Source: an uncultured Bacteroidales bacterium (GTDB lineage: Bacteria > Bacteroidota > Bacteroidia > Bacteroidales > P3). From it: a DNA stretch of 64,000 nt. A program made the translations under genes and the position numbers. The stretch lies in contig CAMVMF010000002.1 of assembly GCA_947168515.1 (NCBI GenBank), forward strand, positions 62,504-126,503, read 5' to 3'. The notes beneath the pieces are model-generated. The model was not told the origin of the DNA, searched no databases, and was given only the letters and a program-made list of their open reading frames with translations. This document shows positions 48,610-58,027 of this stretch, piece by piece; position 1 is the stretch's first letter, and every line of letters starts with the position of its first letter.

Positions 48610-48897
48610 ATGGAATACATTACAGAATCGAACCGAATCAGCCTCATAGTGGAGGGCGAGGAGGTGGCCGAGGTCACCTTCCCCGAGACATCCCAAGGGG
48701 TCTTTACCATCACCCACACCTACGTCGACGACCGTATGCGGGGGCGGGGCATCGCCTCCGAATTGGTGCGCCGCGCCGTGGAGGAAATCGAACGGCGGGG
48801 TGGGAGAGTGGAGGCCACCTGCAGCTATGCCTTGCTGTGGCTGGCCCGCAACCGCGGATGCGAGATCACCAGCCCGCTGAGCTGTCCAATCCCCTAG
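48610..48897 (+). CDS. Small GNAT-family N-acetyltransferase (YjdJ-like)
   Basis: 95 aa from MEYITES. The acetyl-CoA-binding motif is RGRGIASELVRRAVEEI. Confidence 0.7.
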   Translation: MEYITESNRISLIVEGEEVAEVTFPETSQGVFTITHTYVDDRMRGRGIASELVRRAVEEIERRGGRVEATCSYALLWLARNRGCEITSPLSCPIP

Positions 48898-49014
48898 TCC
48901 CCAACTTCTTTCCGCCTACTTGTAAAGGCCCGCCAACCCCCTTTTCCGCAGACCGTTCCCCGCCCTTTGGCAAAATAATTTTGCCAAAGGATGTGCCAAT
49001 CCGTTTTTTTTGTG

Positions 49015-49022
49015 TATATTTG
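49015..49022 (+). promoter_or_regulatory. Bacteroidota -7 promoter box (TATATTTG)
   Basis: Exact consensus match inside the 5' end of the track ORF. This argues that translation starts at 49027, 49054 or 49060. Confidence 0.45.
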
Positions 49023-49026
49023 CAAC

Positions 49027-49719
49027 ATGAAAAATGTTTTTTTTACTTGTCGGATGAAGATGGCCGACGTCATTGCCGCCAACCACAATCTCATCCTTGT
49101 CATGCCTCGTCTGGGCATACCGTTGGGCTTTGGCGAACAGAGTGTCCAAGAGGTTTGCGACCGATACAAGATGCCTGTGGATTTTGTGCTCCTCGTCTTC
49201 AATGTTTACACCTTCGACGACTACAACCCCGACGGCGATGGCCTCAACCAGACCTCACTCGAACATCTGGTGCCGTACCTCATGACTTCGCATAAGTACT
49301 ACGTCAACGAGCGTCTGCCCCACATAGAAAAACACCTCACCCGCGTGGCGCAACATGCTGGCGAACGCTATGGTACGATTCTCAAAAACTTCTTTTCCAA
49401 CTATGAAAAAGAGGTCCTCGAACACTTTGCTTCGGAGGAGCGTGATGTCTTTCCGTACCTCCACCAGCTCCTAAAGGGCGAACGGGATGCACACATGGTC
49501 TCTAACCATTTTGTCGACCACCACACCGACTTGGTAGACAAGCTCACCGACCTCACTCAAATAGTGTACAAATACCTCCCGGGCGAAACTATGACCGAAG
49601 AACTCAACGAACTGGTATTCGGTATCATGCAGCTCTCGTCGGACTTGCAGAAACATGCCAAGCTGGAGGAAAAAGTGCTTATGCCCTATATCGCGCAGCT
49701 GGAAAGGAGTTTGCAATGA
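49027..49719 (+). CDS. Hemerythrin-like (HHE cation-binding) domain protein; start uncertain (49027, 49054 or 49060)
   Basis: Helical segments with spaced His/Glu: HKYYVNERLPHIEKHL, EVLEHFASEERDVFPYL, HFVDHHTDLVDKL and KHAKLEEKVLMPYI. Its stop overlaps the start of the LuxR gene (ATGA). Confidence 0.5.
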   Translation: MKNVFFTCRMKMADVIAANHNLILVMPRLGIPLGFGEQSVQEVCDRYKMPVDFVLLVFNVYTFDDYNPDGDGLNQTSLEHLVPYLMTSHKYYVNERLPHIEKHLTRVAQHAGERYGTILKNFFSNYEKEVLEHFASEERDVFPYLHQLLKGERDAHMVSNHFVDHHTDLVDKLTDLTQIVYKYLPGETMTEELNELVFGIMQLSSDLQKHAKLEEKVLMPYIAQLERSLQ

Positions 49720-50291
49720 GGCTCAAGATAAATGTGCTGATAGCCGAGCCCTCCGATATCATCCGCGAAGGACTGATGTCGCTTTTGGGAGATGAAGAAT
49801 TTTCTTTTCTGGCCCCGATGCGCGACCTCTCCACCGACCTCCCGCAGCGTCTCCCGCACATCCAGCCCGACATCCTGGTGATGAACCCCAACCTGCTTCA
49901 GTCGCCTGCCAAGATGAACCTTGCCGCCATCATGCAGGCCCGCCCCCAGATGGCCGTAGTGGCGTTGGTTTACCAGTATGTCGAACCCAACCTCTTGCAG
50001 TCGTTCAAGACCGTTATCGACATCCGCGAACAAGGCAGCAAGATACCCCAGATTCTGCGCGAGTGCTGCCAGGATGGCGACGACACGGCAGACGAAAACT
50101 ACGACCTGAGCGAGCGCGAGTCCGAAGTGCTGGTCCTGGTGGCCCAAGGCAGCAGCAGCAAGGAGATTGCCGACAAGCTCAACATCTCTATCCATACGGT
50201 CAACACCCATCGCAAAAACATCACCCGCAAGACGGGCATCAAATCTGTGGCCGGTCTGGCCGTGTATGCCATGTTGCACAATCTTGTATGA
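49716..50291 (+). CDS. LuxR/FixJ-type HTH regulator with a degenerate receiver-like N-terminal domain
   Basis: C-terminal SERESEVLVLVAQGSSSKEIADKLNISIHTVNTHRKNITRKTG. The N-terminal domain is receiver-sized, but the usual phospho-acceptor Asp position reads N (PDILVMNPNL). Confidence 0.8.
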   Translation: MRLKINVLIAEPSDIIREGLMSLLGDEEFSFLAPMRDLSTDLPQRLPHIQPDILVMNPNLLQSPAKMNLAAIMQARPQMAVVALVYQYVEPNLLQSFKTVIDIREQGSKIPQILRECCQDGDDTADENYDLSERESEVLVLVAQGSSSKEIADKLNISIHTVNTHRKNITRKTGIKSVAGLAVYAMLHNLV

Positions 50292-50374
50292 CCGTTGGCA
50301 AGCAGCAAATAACAGTAGTTTCCAATCAATAATCACTCACCAACCTCTAACCCATATCGTTACGCCTTAGCCCC

Positions 50375-51550
50375 ATGACAGAACGCCTCTGGAACGCCAA
50401 TTACACCAAAGTCTGGTTAGCCAACTTCATGATTTTTTTCTCTTTCATGTTGCTGACACCACTGCTACCCATCTATCTCTCTGAGCAGTTTGCCGCCAAT
50501 AAAGACACCATCGGACTGGTTCTTTTCGGCTATGCCGTGATGGCCCTGGTGGCCCGTCTATTCAGCGGCTATATCGTCGACAGTTTCCCCCGCAAGATGG
50601 TGCTGCTCTTCAGCTTCACCCTCTTCACCCTGTTCTTTGTGGGCTATGTGGCGGCGGGCACCCTGATGCTCTTTGCCCTTGTCCGCACCCTCCACGGTGT
50701 CCCCTTCGGCTTCACCACGGTGGCCAACAGCACCGTGGCCATCGATGTCCTGCCCAGCTCCCGCCGCACCGAGGGCATCGGCCTCTACGGCCTCAGCAAC
50801 AACCTGGCCTCGGCCATCAGTCCCTCTATAGCCATCTGGATATATGTTACCACCCACAACTTCGACATCATCTTTTGGCTTGCCATGGTCGTTGCCACGG
50901 TGGGACTGCTCATCGACAGCACCGTCAAGACCCGCCCGCGTCCCAAAGTGGAGGGGAAGCAACCCATCTCCCTCGACCATTTCTTCCTCACCAAAGGGTG
51001 GAGCGAGGCCCTCACCATGGTCTGTTTTGCATTCTCCTACGGCGTCATGTCCACCTATGTGGCCATCTATGGCAAAGAGCGCCTAGGCATCGAGAGTGGC
51101 TCAGGCCTTTTCTTTGCCCTTATCTCCATCGGCCTCATCCTGTCGCGCTTGCAGGGCAACAAAGCCCTTCGTGAAGGCCGCATAGCCTACAACGCCTCCC
51201 TGGGAGTCTGCGTTTCCTTGGTAGGCTATCTGGTCTTTGCTGCCTTGCCTAACCGGGTGGGCTATTATGCTGCTGCCCTCATCATCGGCTTAGGCAATGG
51301 TCACATGTACCCCGCCTACCAGAATATGTTCATCAACCTGGCCCCCCACAGCCAACGGGGCACCGCCAACAGTTCGATATTAGTGGCCTGGGATGTCGGC
51401 ATGGGTATCGGCATACTGCTGGGAGGTGTCTTGACGGAGAACTACGGTTACTCCGCCGCCTTTTGGGTGGCTTGGGGTGTCAATCTCTTGGGGTTCCTCG
51501 GTTTCTGGCTTTATGTCAAACGCCATTACCTCACCCACAAGCTCCGGTAA
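50375..51550 (+). CDS. MFS transporter
   Basis: About 12 predicted TM segments. MFS motif-A-like SGYIVDSFPRKMVL lies between TM2 and TM3. Confidence 0.85.
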   Translation: MTERLWNANYTKVWLANFMIFFSFMLLTPLLPIYLSEQFAANKDTIGLVLFGYAVMALVARLFSGYIVDSFPRKMVLLFSFTLFTLFFVGYVAAGTLMLFALVRTLHGVPFGFTTVANSTVAIDVLPSSRRTEGIGLYGLSNNLASAISPSIAIWIYVTTHNFDIIFWLAMVVATVGLLIDSTVKTRPRPKVEGKQPISLDHFFLTKGWSEALTMVCFAFSYGVMSTYVAIYGKERLGIESGSGLFFALISIGLILSRLQGNKALREGRIAYNASLGVCVSLVGYLVFAALPNRVGYYAAALIIGLGNGHMYPAYQNMFINLAPHSQRGTANSSILVAWDVGMGIGILLGGVLTENYGYSAAFWVAWGVNLLGFLGFWLYVKRHYLTHKLR

Positions 51551-52068
51551 GCTTTTGCCTGACAGCCATTAGCACAAGACAAGATTCCCTGTCCCCCCGT
51601 TCTCAGAGGGATGGGGTCAATGATGATGGGTGAACACCATTAATCGTTAGCCCTCTGTTATGCCCTTTCGAGGCGTTATGATGTCCTCCAGGTTCGCTGT
51701 TTTCCTTGCCTGCGGCCATGTCTCTGTATGCCCTTTTGGGGCGACATCGGGAGGTTGCCAAAAGTAGGTATTGGAGACGCCGTTGACGGAAATTAAACAT
51801 GGTATTTGAGGCTCAGTCTAGGTTCGCTATTTATATTATGTTTTACTTACATTTAATTTACATTTTACTTCTCCAACATAAGATAAATGCTATCTAGTTA
51901 TGAATGAATTAAATGTTAGATAATTGAGGTATTCGCGGCTGTCAGGAGCGGTTCGGATGTTTGGGTTTGTTTTGTTGGGATGGGAGGATGGTGGTTTCGT
52001 CGGTCGGGGTGGTTGGGAAAAGACGTTTTATCGAAAAGTAAAAAAAATGTTATTTCGTTTTTTTTTTG

Positions 52069-52076
52069 TATTTTTG
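52069..52076 (+). promoter_or_regulatory. Bacteroidota -7 promoter box (TATTTTTG)
   Basis: Exact consensus match 50 nt upstream of the ATG at 52126, inside the longer TTG-initiated track ORF. Confidence 0.45.
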
Positions 52077-52125
52077 CAACGATATTAGAGTATTTATAAG
52101 TATCATTTATTATAGTAGCAATAGT

Positions 52126-52479
52126 ATGAGTGCTAATGCCTTAGGAGTTATAGCCGCTGTCATTTTGTTGGCATCCTTTGTCCTGCGGGGCGAAAAAAAG
52201 ATTCGTTTGGTCAACCTTATCGGTTGTGTTTTTCTGGTTCTTTGGGCTGTGCGGTCCAACCCGACTAATTTTATTTTGGTCTTTATGGGGGTGGCCATCA
52301 TTCTTGTCCACCTCATCCAGTTCTGGCACATGATGAAGGAGGCCAAGGCCAACCGTCAGCTTGCCAAGGCCGAAGCCAAAGCCGCCGATGCTGAGGCCAA
52401 GGCCGCCGATGCCGAGGCCAAAGCGGCTTCTGCCCAAGCCCGCATTGCCGAAATACCGTCCAACAACGAAATCAACTAA
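52126..52479 (+). CDS. Small membrane protein (about 3 TM) with a C-terminal AEAKAAD-repeat tail
   Basis: MSANALGVIAAVILLASFVL..., then two further hydrophobic segments, then AKAEAKAADAEAKAADAEAKAASAQA. Confidence 0.5.
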   Translation: MSANALGVIAAVILLASFVLRGEKKIRLVNLIGCVFLVLWAVRSNPTNFILVFMGVAIILVHLIQFWHMMKEAKANRQLAKAEAKAADAEAKAADAEAKAASAQARIAEIPSNNEIN

Positions 52480-52709
52480 TACAGACAGCGATTGCGGTAA
52501 AAAAGCAATGTTGGGATGCCACCGAGGGTCGTGAGCCCTAACGAGACAACAAGGTCGGCAAGGCTCCAACAAGCAGCACGCTCGAACCCATGTCCATCGA
52601 AGCATACCCACCCAGGCTCCGCTCATTAAAGCAACACTCATTAAAATACCCCATTTAAAAACAACACCCTAATTAATATCAACGACAACACCAATACTAA
52701 CCGATAGTT

Positions 52710-54179
52710 ATGCTCAGAAAAATCCGTATTGTACTGGCCTGTCTCTTCTTTGCAGCCATTACGCTTATGTTTCTTGACTTCACCGGCACCCTTCACACCT
52801 ATCTGGGGTGGATGGCGAAGGTTCAGTTCCTCCCTGCCGTCCTTGCCCTCAATGTGGGCGTGGTGGTGGTTCTAGTATTGCTCACGCTACTGGTGGGCCG
52901 TGTCTACTGCTCTGTCATCTGCCCGATGGGCGTGATGCAGGACTGCTTTGGCTGGCTTGGAGGCAAGGTTAAAAAGAATCGTTTTCATTATGCCAAGAAC
53001 CATTGGATTCTCCGTGTGGTGGTATTGGTGGTTTTTGTGTTGCTGATGGTTTTTGGCCTAGGCGGCATAGCCATCCTCATAGCCCCATACAGTGCCTATG
53101 GTCGCATCGCCACCAACCTGTTCCAGCCCGTATACATGTGGCTCAACAACCTGTGTGCCTTCTTTGCCGAACGCGCCGGCAGCTATGCTTTCTACAGCGT
53201 CGATGTGTGGGTGAAGAGTGGCCTGCTGCTCCTTATTGCTGTGGTGACCTTTGTGGTGATAGGGTTCCTCTCCTTCCGTTGGGGCCGTCTGTGGTGCAAC
53301 ACCATCTGCCCCGTCGGCACGGTGCTGGGCTTCCTGTCTAAGTTTTCGCTCCTCAAGCCCCGTATCGACCAGAGCAAGTGCATCGGCTGCAAGAAGTGCG
53401 AGAAGAACTGCAAGTCCATGTGCATCGATATCGACACCCACAAGGTTGACTACTCGCGCTGTGTGGCATGTATGGACTGCATAGACAACTGTCCGGTGAA
53501 GGCCATCCGCCTGACGACAGGCAAGGCTCAGCCTGCCCCCGCCCCCGCCGACCAGAAGGTCGACTCCAGCCGCCGCAAGTTTGTGGTGACCACTGCTGCC
53601 GTGGGCGGCGCCATGTTGCTGCAGGCTCAGGAAACCAAGGTCGACGGTGGTCTGGCCGTGCTGGAGGACAAACAGCTGCCCGAGCGTCAGATTCCGCTGA
53701 AGCCTTTCGGCGCAGTTAGCCTCAAACATTTTGCCAACCACTGCACTGCTTGTCAGCTGTGTGTGTCGGCCTGTCCCCAACAGGTCCTGCGTCCGTCCAA
53801 GAGCCTTACCACTCTGATGCAGCCTGAGATGCAGTTCGACCGTGGCTTCTGTAGCCCCGACTGCACCCGTTGCAGCGAGGTGTGTCCCGCAGGGGCCATC
53901 AAGAAGATTGACACCGCGCAGAAGAGTGCCATCAGCATTGGTCATGCCGTGACGGTGCCGCAGAACTGCCTGTTGGCCCAAGGCGAGACTTGCAACGCCT
54001 GCTCGCGCCATTGTCCGGCTGCTGCCATCAGCATCGTCAGCGACCCCAGCACCGGCCACAGCCGCGTGGCTGTCAACGAGAGTCTCTGCATCGGCTGCGG
54101 GGCTTGCGAACACTACTGCCCCGTGCGCCCCTTCTCGGCCATCTATGTCGAAGGACGCGAGGTGCATACCGCGGTCTGA
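52710..54179 (+). CDS. Membrane polyferredoxin: NapH/MauN-like N-terminal half fused to a NapG/MauM-like 4x[4Fe-4S] C-terminal half
   Basis: Two CX3CP motifs (YCSVICPMG and WCNTICPVG) and CIGCKKCEKNC / CVACMDCIDNCP. An internal SRRKFVVTTAAVGGAMLL follows, then four more Cys clusters (CTACQLCVSACP, CTRCSEVCP, CNACSRHCP, CIGCGACEHYCP). Confidence 0.8.
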   Translation: MLRKIRIVLACLFFAAITLMFLDFTGTLHTYLGWMAKVQFLPAVLALNVGVVVVLVLLTLLVGRVYCSVICPMGVMQDCFGWLGGKVKKNRFHYAKNHWILRVVVLVVFVLLMVFGLGGIAILIAPYSAYGRIATNLFQPVYMWLNNLCAFFAERAGSYAFYSVDVWVKSGLLLLIAVVTFVVIGFLSFRWGRLWCNTICPVGTVLGFLSKFSLLKPRIDQSKCIGCKKCEKNCKSMCIDIDTHKVDYSRCVACMDCIDNCPVKAIRLTTGKAQPAPAPADQKVDSSRRKFVVTTAAVGGAMLLQAQETKVDGGLAVLEDKQLPERQIPLKPFGAVSLKHFANHCTACQLCVSACPQQVLRPSKSLTTLMQPEMQFDRGFCSPDCTRCSEVCPAGAIKKIDTAQKSAISIGHAVTVPQNCLLAQGETCNACSRHCPAAAISIVSDPSTGHSRVAVNESLCIGCGACEHYCPVRPFSAIYVEGREVHTAV

Positions 54180-54235
54180 CCCCTATTCATTATTCCTAGC
54201 CACTAGACTAAAAAAAACATTATACAAGTACTACA

Positions 54236-55198
54236 ATGAACAAAATACTCGACACACTCGGAGTGGTGAAAACCAGCAAATTTTGGAAAGAGCTTGTCAT
54301 CATGACCCTAGGCATGGCAGTGGCTGCTGCGGCAGTCTATTATTTCTTGGTGCCCAGCAAACTCATCATCGGCACCATCTCGGGTCTTTCCATTGTTCTG
54401 AACAGTTTGTTTGAATTGGCAGGCATCCATATCGGCCTGTCGGTCATCATCATGGTCATCAATGCCATCCTGCTGATCTTGGCCTGGGTGCTTATCGGAC
54501 ACGAGTTTGGTGCCAAGACGGTCTACACCGCCATGATATTGGGTCCCTTGACCGACTTCTGGGATGCCATTCTCCCTTGGCAAACCTTCGCACACGACAA
54601 CCCCATCACAGGTTCGCCCTCTGTCATGGGTGACCCTTGGCTGGACCTCTGTTGCTTTGTGCTGGTGCTCAGTGCCTCGCAGGCCCTGATGTTCAGCATC
54701 AACGCCTCCACTGGAGGATTGGACATTCTGGCCAAGATTGTCAACAAGTACCTCCATTTTGATATTGGCACCTCGGTGAGCATCGCCGGTGCCGTCATTT
54801 GCTGCACTGCATTCTTCATCAACGACTTCCGCATGGTGGTCATCGGCCTTATCGGCACCTGGATCAACGGCTTGGTGGTGGACTATTTCACCGCGTCGCT
54901 CAACAACCGCAAGCGTGTGTGCGTCGTTTCCAAAGAGTACGACCGGCTCAGGCGTTTTATTATCGATGACCTCAACCGCGGCTGCACGCTCTATGAGGTG
55001 ATAGGAGGCTACAGCAATGAGAAATCCATCGAGTTGGAAGCCCTTCTCACCAAGGACGAGTTCAGCAAGTTGATGGCCTACATCAAGGATAATGACATTC
55101 AGGCCTTTATGACCGCCGGCAACGTGAGCGAGGTGTATGGCCTTTGGACCAAACACAGCAAACGACAAAAAATTCAAAAACAAATTGACGAACTCTAA
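54236..55198 (+). CDS. YitT family membrane protein (DUF2179 C-terminal domain)
   Basis: Five or six TM segments, followed by the C-terminal GCTLYEVIGGYSNEKSIELEALLTKDEFSKLMAYIKDNDIQAFMTAGNVSEVYG. Confidence 0.75.
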   Translation: MNKILDTLGVVKTSKFWKELVIMTLGMAVAAAAVYYFLVPSKLIIGTISGLSIVLNSLFELAGIHIGLSVIIMVINAILLILAWVLIGHEFGAKTVYTAMILGPLTDFWDAILPWQTFAHDNPITGSPSVMGDPWLDLCCFVLVLSASQALMFSINASTGGLDILAKIVNKYLHFDIGTSVSIAGAVICCTAFFINDFRMVVIGLIGTWINGLVVDYFTASLNNRKRVCVVSKEYDRLRRFIIDDLNRGCTLYEVIGGYSNEKSIELEALLTKDEFSKLMAYIKDNDIQAFMTAGNVSEVYGLWTKHSKRQKIQKQIDEL

Positions 55199-55296
55199 AG
55201 TATTTAGTTGTGAAGTCGTGTTCGCTGTAGCGGATACCCAACACACACAACAACGGCCGTTCACCAATGAATTCCTAACCTCAATACCAAACAACA

Positions 55297-56565
55297 ATGA
55301 ACAAACCTAAACGATACAATAAACGTTACCTGCCCATGTTATGGATAGGCTTGGCCATTTGGCTACTATCCATGTTGGCTTCGTATATTATGGAAAAAAC
55401 CGGCCATGCACCGGCCGGTCAAGAAACCCTCATGGACATGGGCAAGTCGCTTTTCCAGTATATGCCTATTGGAGTGGTCTTGCTTTTCTGCTTCTTCCAG
55501 CCTATTTTGGAGGAGCTTAGCTTTCGCCTCTGGGGTGTGGGGAAAAAATGGATGACCATCGTCTGTCTGGTCCTTATGACCTTATTCTCGTGCAGCGAGA
55601 TGGGATTATGGGGTCTCATTTTCGTGGCTCTTTTCATATTTGTGTGGTGTGCCGTCAAGGACAAGGTGTTGCAGACCTGGCTCAACGCCATCATCACTTC
55701 GGCCTGTTTTGCCCTTTGCCACATTTCGGGGTTCGATGGTTTTTCTATCGGTATGGTGCTCGGGCTTAGTGATATCTTCGGCATGGCGTTGGTGATGTGC
55801 TGGCTGACCATCAACATCAGTTTCTTGCTTTCCTGTCTGTTGCATGTTCTCAATAACAGCATCGCTATATTGTTCCCCCTGTTTTTTCTTTCGAACCCGG
55901 TAACTGTTACGAGCGACAGCATGACGGCTACCATAGAACCGTTACGCCCATTTGCCAACAACCAACAGTTGATTGATGATCAGTTTTTGCTGACAAGTCT
56001 TGACTCCCTCACCACGGAGTTCTACCGGGTGAACGAGCCGTCACAGATGGCCAGCCTCTTGGCCAGCATGGCCGACACGGCCACAGACGTGCACTATGAC
56101 TGGGTTTCGAAGGGCGAAAGTCTTGAGGAACGGGTAGTCTTCCGTGTGAAGTACAACCAACCACAGAAGCCTGACTATGCCGAACTATTCCATACTTTTT
56201 GTGAAATGGCCAAGGAATACAATGACGGCAAAGGTTTCACCTTCGACACCTCCACCACCTACCTCAAGGAAATCTGGCTGGTCTACCCCGATGGTCGCGA
56301 AGAAAAACTAACCCCAGAGAGTGAGAATGCCGGCAGTGCCATCGGCCGTTTGCTGGACAACCGCTTCAGTGTCCGTGGCAATGAACTGGTAGAAGATTAT
56401 ACGCTGGCACCAGATTCTTCAATGATTACCCAATATTATTGTTTCGAGCGTAAAAGTCCTTTGGCAGCGCAGTTGACCAGCATGGAGTCTTTATACGACC
56501 AACTGTATGGCTTCAGCATCGACCTCCGTCCTGCTAAGGAAATCCGCGTTATCACTATTAAATAA
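55297..56565 (+). CDS. CPBP family intramembrane glutamic endopeptidase with a ~220-aa C-terminal soluble extension
   Basis: Motifs PILEELSFRLWG (EExxxR), FALCH and HVLNNS. Confidence 0.8.
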   Translation: MNKPKRYNKRYLPMLWIGLAIWLLSMLASYIMEKTGHAPAGQETLMDMGKSLFQYMPIGVVLLFCFFQPILEELSFRLWGVGKKWMTIVCLVLMTLFSCSEMGLWGLIFVALFIFVWCAVKDKVLQTWLNAIITSACFALCHISGFDGFSIGMVLGLSDIFGMALVMCWLTINISFLLSCLLHVLNNSIAILFPLFFLSNPVTVTSDSMTATIEPLRPFANNQQLIDDQFLLTSLDSLTTEFYRVNEPSQMASLLASMADTATDVHYDWVSKGESLEERVVFRVKYNQPQKPDYAELFHTFCEMAKEYNDGKGFTFDTSTTYLKEIWLVYPDGREEKLTPESENAGSAIGRLLDNRFSVRGNELVEDYTLAPDSSMITQYYCFERKSPLAAQLTSMESLYDQLYGFSIDLRPAKEIRVITIK

Positions 56566-56598
56566 TTCTAACGTATAGCCCTCAATTCTCAATTAGAC

Positions 56599-58014
56599 AT
56601 GGATAGACGAAAATTCCTCAAAACCCTTGGCGCGGGTGCATTGGCCACCACCGCCTTGGCAGCAGGTTGTGACAACCCCAACCAAACACAGGCAGAAGGC
56701 TTCGCCTTGGGTGAAGTGCCTACCGACAAGATGACCTACCGCACCGGCACCCATGGCGAGAAGGTGTCGCTGCTGGGCTTCGGATTCATGCGACTGCCCA
56801 CCGTAGACCCCGACGACCGCCAGAGCGACCTGGACCAGGAGGCTATCAATCAGCTTACCGACTATGCCATTGCGCACGGCCTCAATCTTTTCGACACGTC
56901 GCCGCGCTACTGCCAGGCCCGCTCGGAGACCTCACTGGGCATCGCCCTCAGCCGCCACAAACGCGAGGACTTCCTCATCAGCACCAAGCTCTCCAACCAA
57001 AGCTACGATATCTGGACCCGCGAGGGGAGCATCAAGATGTTTGAGGAGTCGTTTGAGAAACTGCAGGTGGACTATATCGACTTCTATATGCTCCACTGCA
57101 TCGGTCTGCCCGCACGTGACAACGAGGGCAACGAAATTGACCCCATGAAGGCTTTCTACGGAAGATTTATCGACAACGGCATTCTGGACTTCCTCATTGA
57201 GCAACGTGCCAAAGGCCGCATCCGCAATCTGGGCTTCTCCTATCATGGCGACGTGAAGGTGTTCGACGAGGCCCTCGCCATGCACGACAAGGTGCATTGG
57301 GACCATGTGCTTATCCAGCACAACTATATCAACTGGCAACATGCCGGAGCCTTGGCCGAAAAGAGGGGCACGGGCGATGCCAACTCCGAATACCTCTATG
57401 GCGAACTGGCCAAACGCGACATCCCTGTCTTTGTGATGGAGCCGCTGTTGGGCGGCCAGCTGGCCACCCTGCCCAAGTTTGCCGCCGACGAACTGAAACA
57501 GCGTGAACCGGAGCAGAGCCTGGCCTCGTGGGCTTTCCGTTTTGCCGGACAGCAGCCCCGCATACTTACCGTGCTCAGCGGCATGACCTATATGGAGCAC
57601 CTGCAGGACAACCTGCGCACCATGTCGCCCCACAAACCGTTAACCGACGAAGAACTGGCCATGCTGAGGGACATCGCTGTCCGCTATGCTGGCATCTCGC
57701 TCATACCCTGCACCAACTGCCAGTACTGCATGCCTTGCCCCTATGGCTTGGACATACCCACCATTTTTGCCCACTATAACAAGATGGTCAACGAGGGCAA
57801 CGTCATCACCGACGACCTGGCCGAGGATGCTCCCGCAGAGGAGCGCCGTGCCTATCGCAAGGCGCGCCGAGCCTTCCTCGTGGGCTACAACCGTGCCGTG
57901 GTGCCAGAACGACAGGCCGACCGTTGCATTGGATGTGGCAAGTGCCTGCCCGAGTGTCCACAGCAGATAGACATCCCCGGCAAGATGCTGATGATTGAAG
58001 AAAAAAGCAAGTAA
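56599..58014 (+). CDS. Tat-exported lipoprotein aldo/keto reductase with a C-terminal 4Fe-4S ferredoxin-like module
   Basis: Twin-arginine leader MDRRKFLKTLGAGALATTALAAGC with a lipobox. AKR core (LFDTSPRY, DFYMLH). CTNCQYCMPCPYG and CIGCGKCLPECPQ. Confidence 0.85.
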   Translation: MDRRKFLKTLGAGALATTALAAGCDNPNQTQAEGFALGEVPTDKMTYRTGTHGEKVSLLGFGFMRLPTVDPDDRQSDLDQEAINQLTDYAIAHGLNLFDTSPRYCQARSETSLGIALSRHKREDFLISTKLSNQSYDIWTREGSIKMFEESFEKLQVDYIDFYMLHCIGLPARDNEGNEIDPMKAFYGRFIDNGILDFLIEQRAKGRIRNLGFSYHGDVKVFDEALAMHDKVHWDHVLIQHNYINWQHAGALAEKRGTGDANSEYLYGELAKRDIPVFVMEPLLGGQLATLPKFAADELKQREPEQSLASWAFRFAGQQPRILTVLSGMTYMEHLQDNLRTMSPHKPLTDEELAMLRDIAVRYAGISLIPCTNCQYCMPCPYGLDIPTIFAHYNKMVNEGNVITDDLAEDAPAEERRAYRKARRAFLVGYNRAVVPERQADRCIGCGKCLPECPQQIDIPGKMLMIEEKSK

Positions 58015-58027
58015 TAAATAAATTGAC

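Noticed and set aside
48603-49295. A 230-aa plus-strand ORF spanning the GNAT gene and the start of the hemerythrin-like gene.
   Set aside because: It is out of frame with two motif-supported genes, crosses an intergenic promoter region and is Arg/Pro/Gly-rich. It starts at a TTG.
51558-51946. A 10-bp inverted repeat, cctgacagcc (51558-51567) and ggctgtcagg (51937-51946), brackets ~370 bp that contains a minus-strand TACTTTTG -7 box. This raised the possibility of an invertible promoter upstream of the small membrane protein gene.
   Set aside because: A single 10-bp inverted repeat within a ~575-bp AT-rich gap has a chance expectation on the order of 0.1. No recombinase gene is nearby, and the downstream gene already has its own proximal -7 box at 52069. 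It would be worth revisiting only if read-level inversions are seen.
53058-55297. Long minus-strand ORFs 53058..54167 (369 aa) and 54308..55297 (329 aa).
   Set aside because: They are antisense to the polyferredoxin and YitT genes, which carry clear Cys-cluster and TM/DUF2179 signatures. The antisense products have no motifs.
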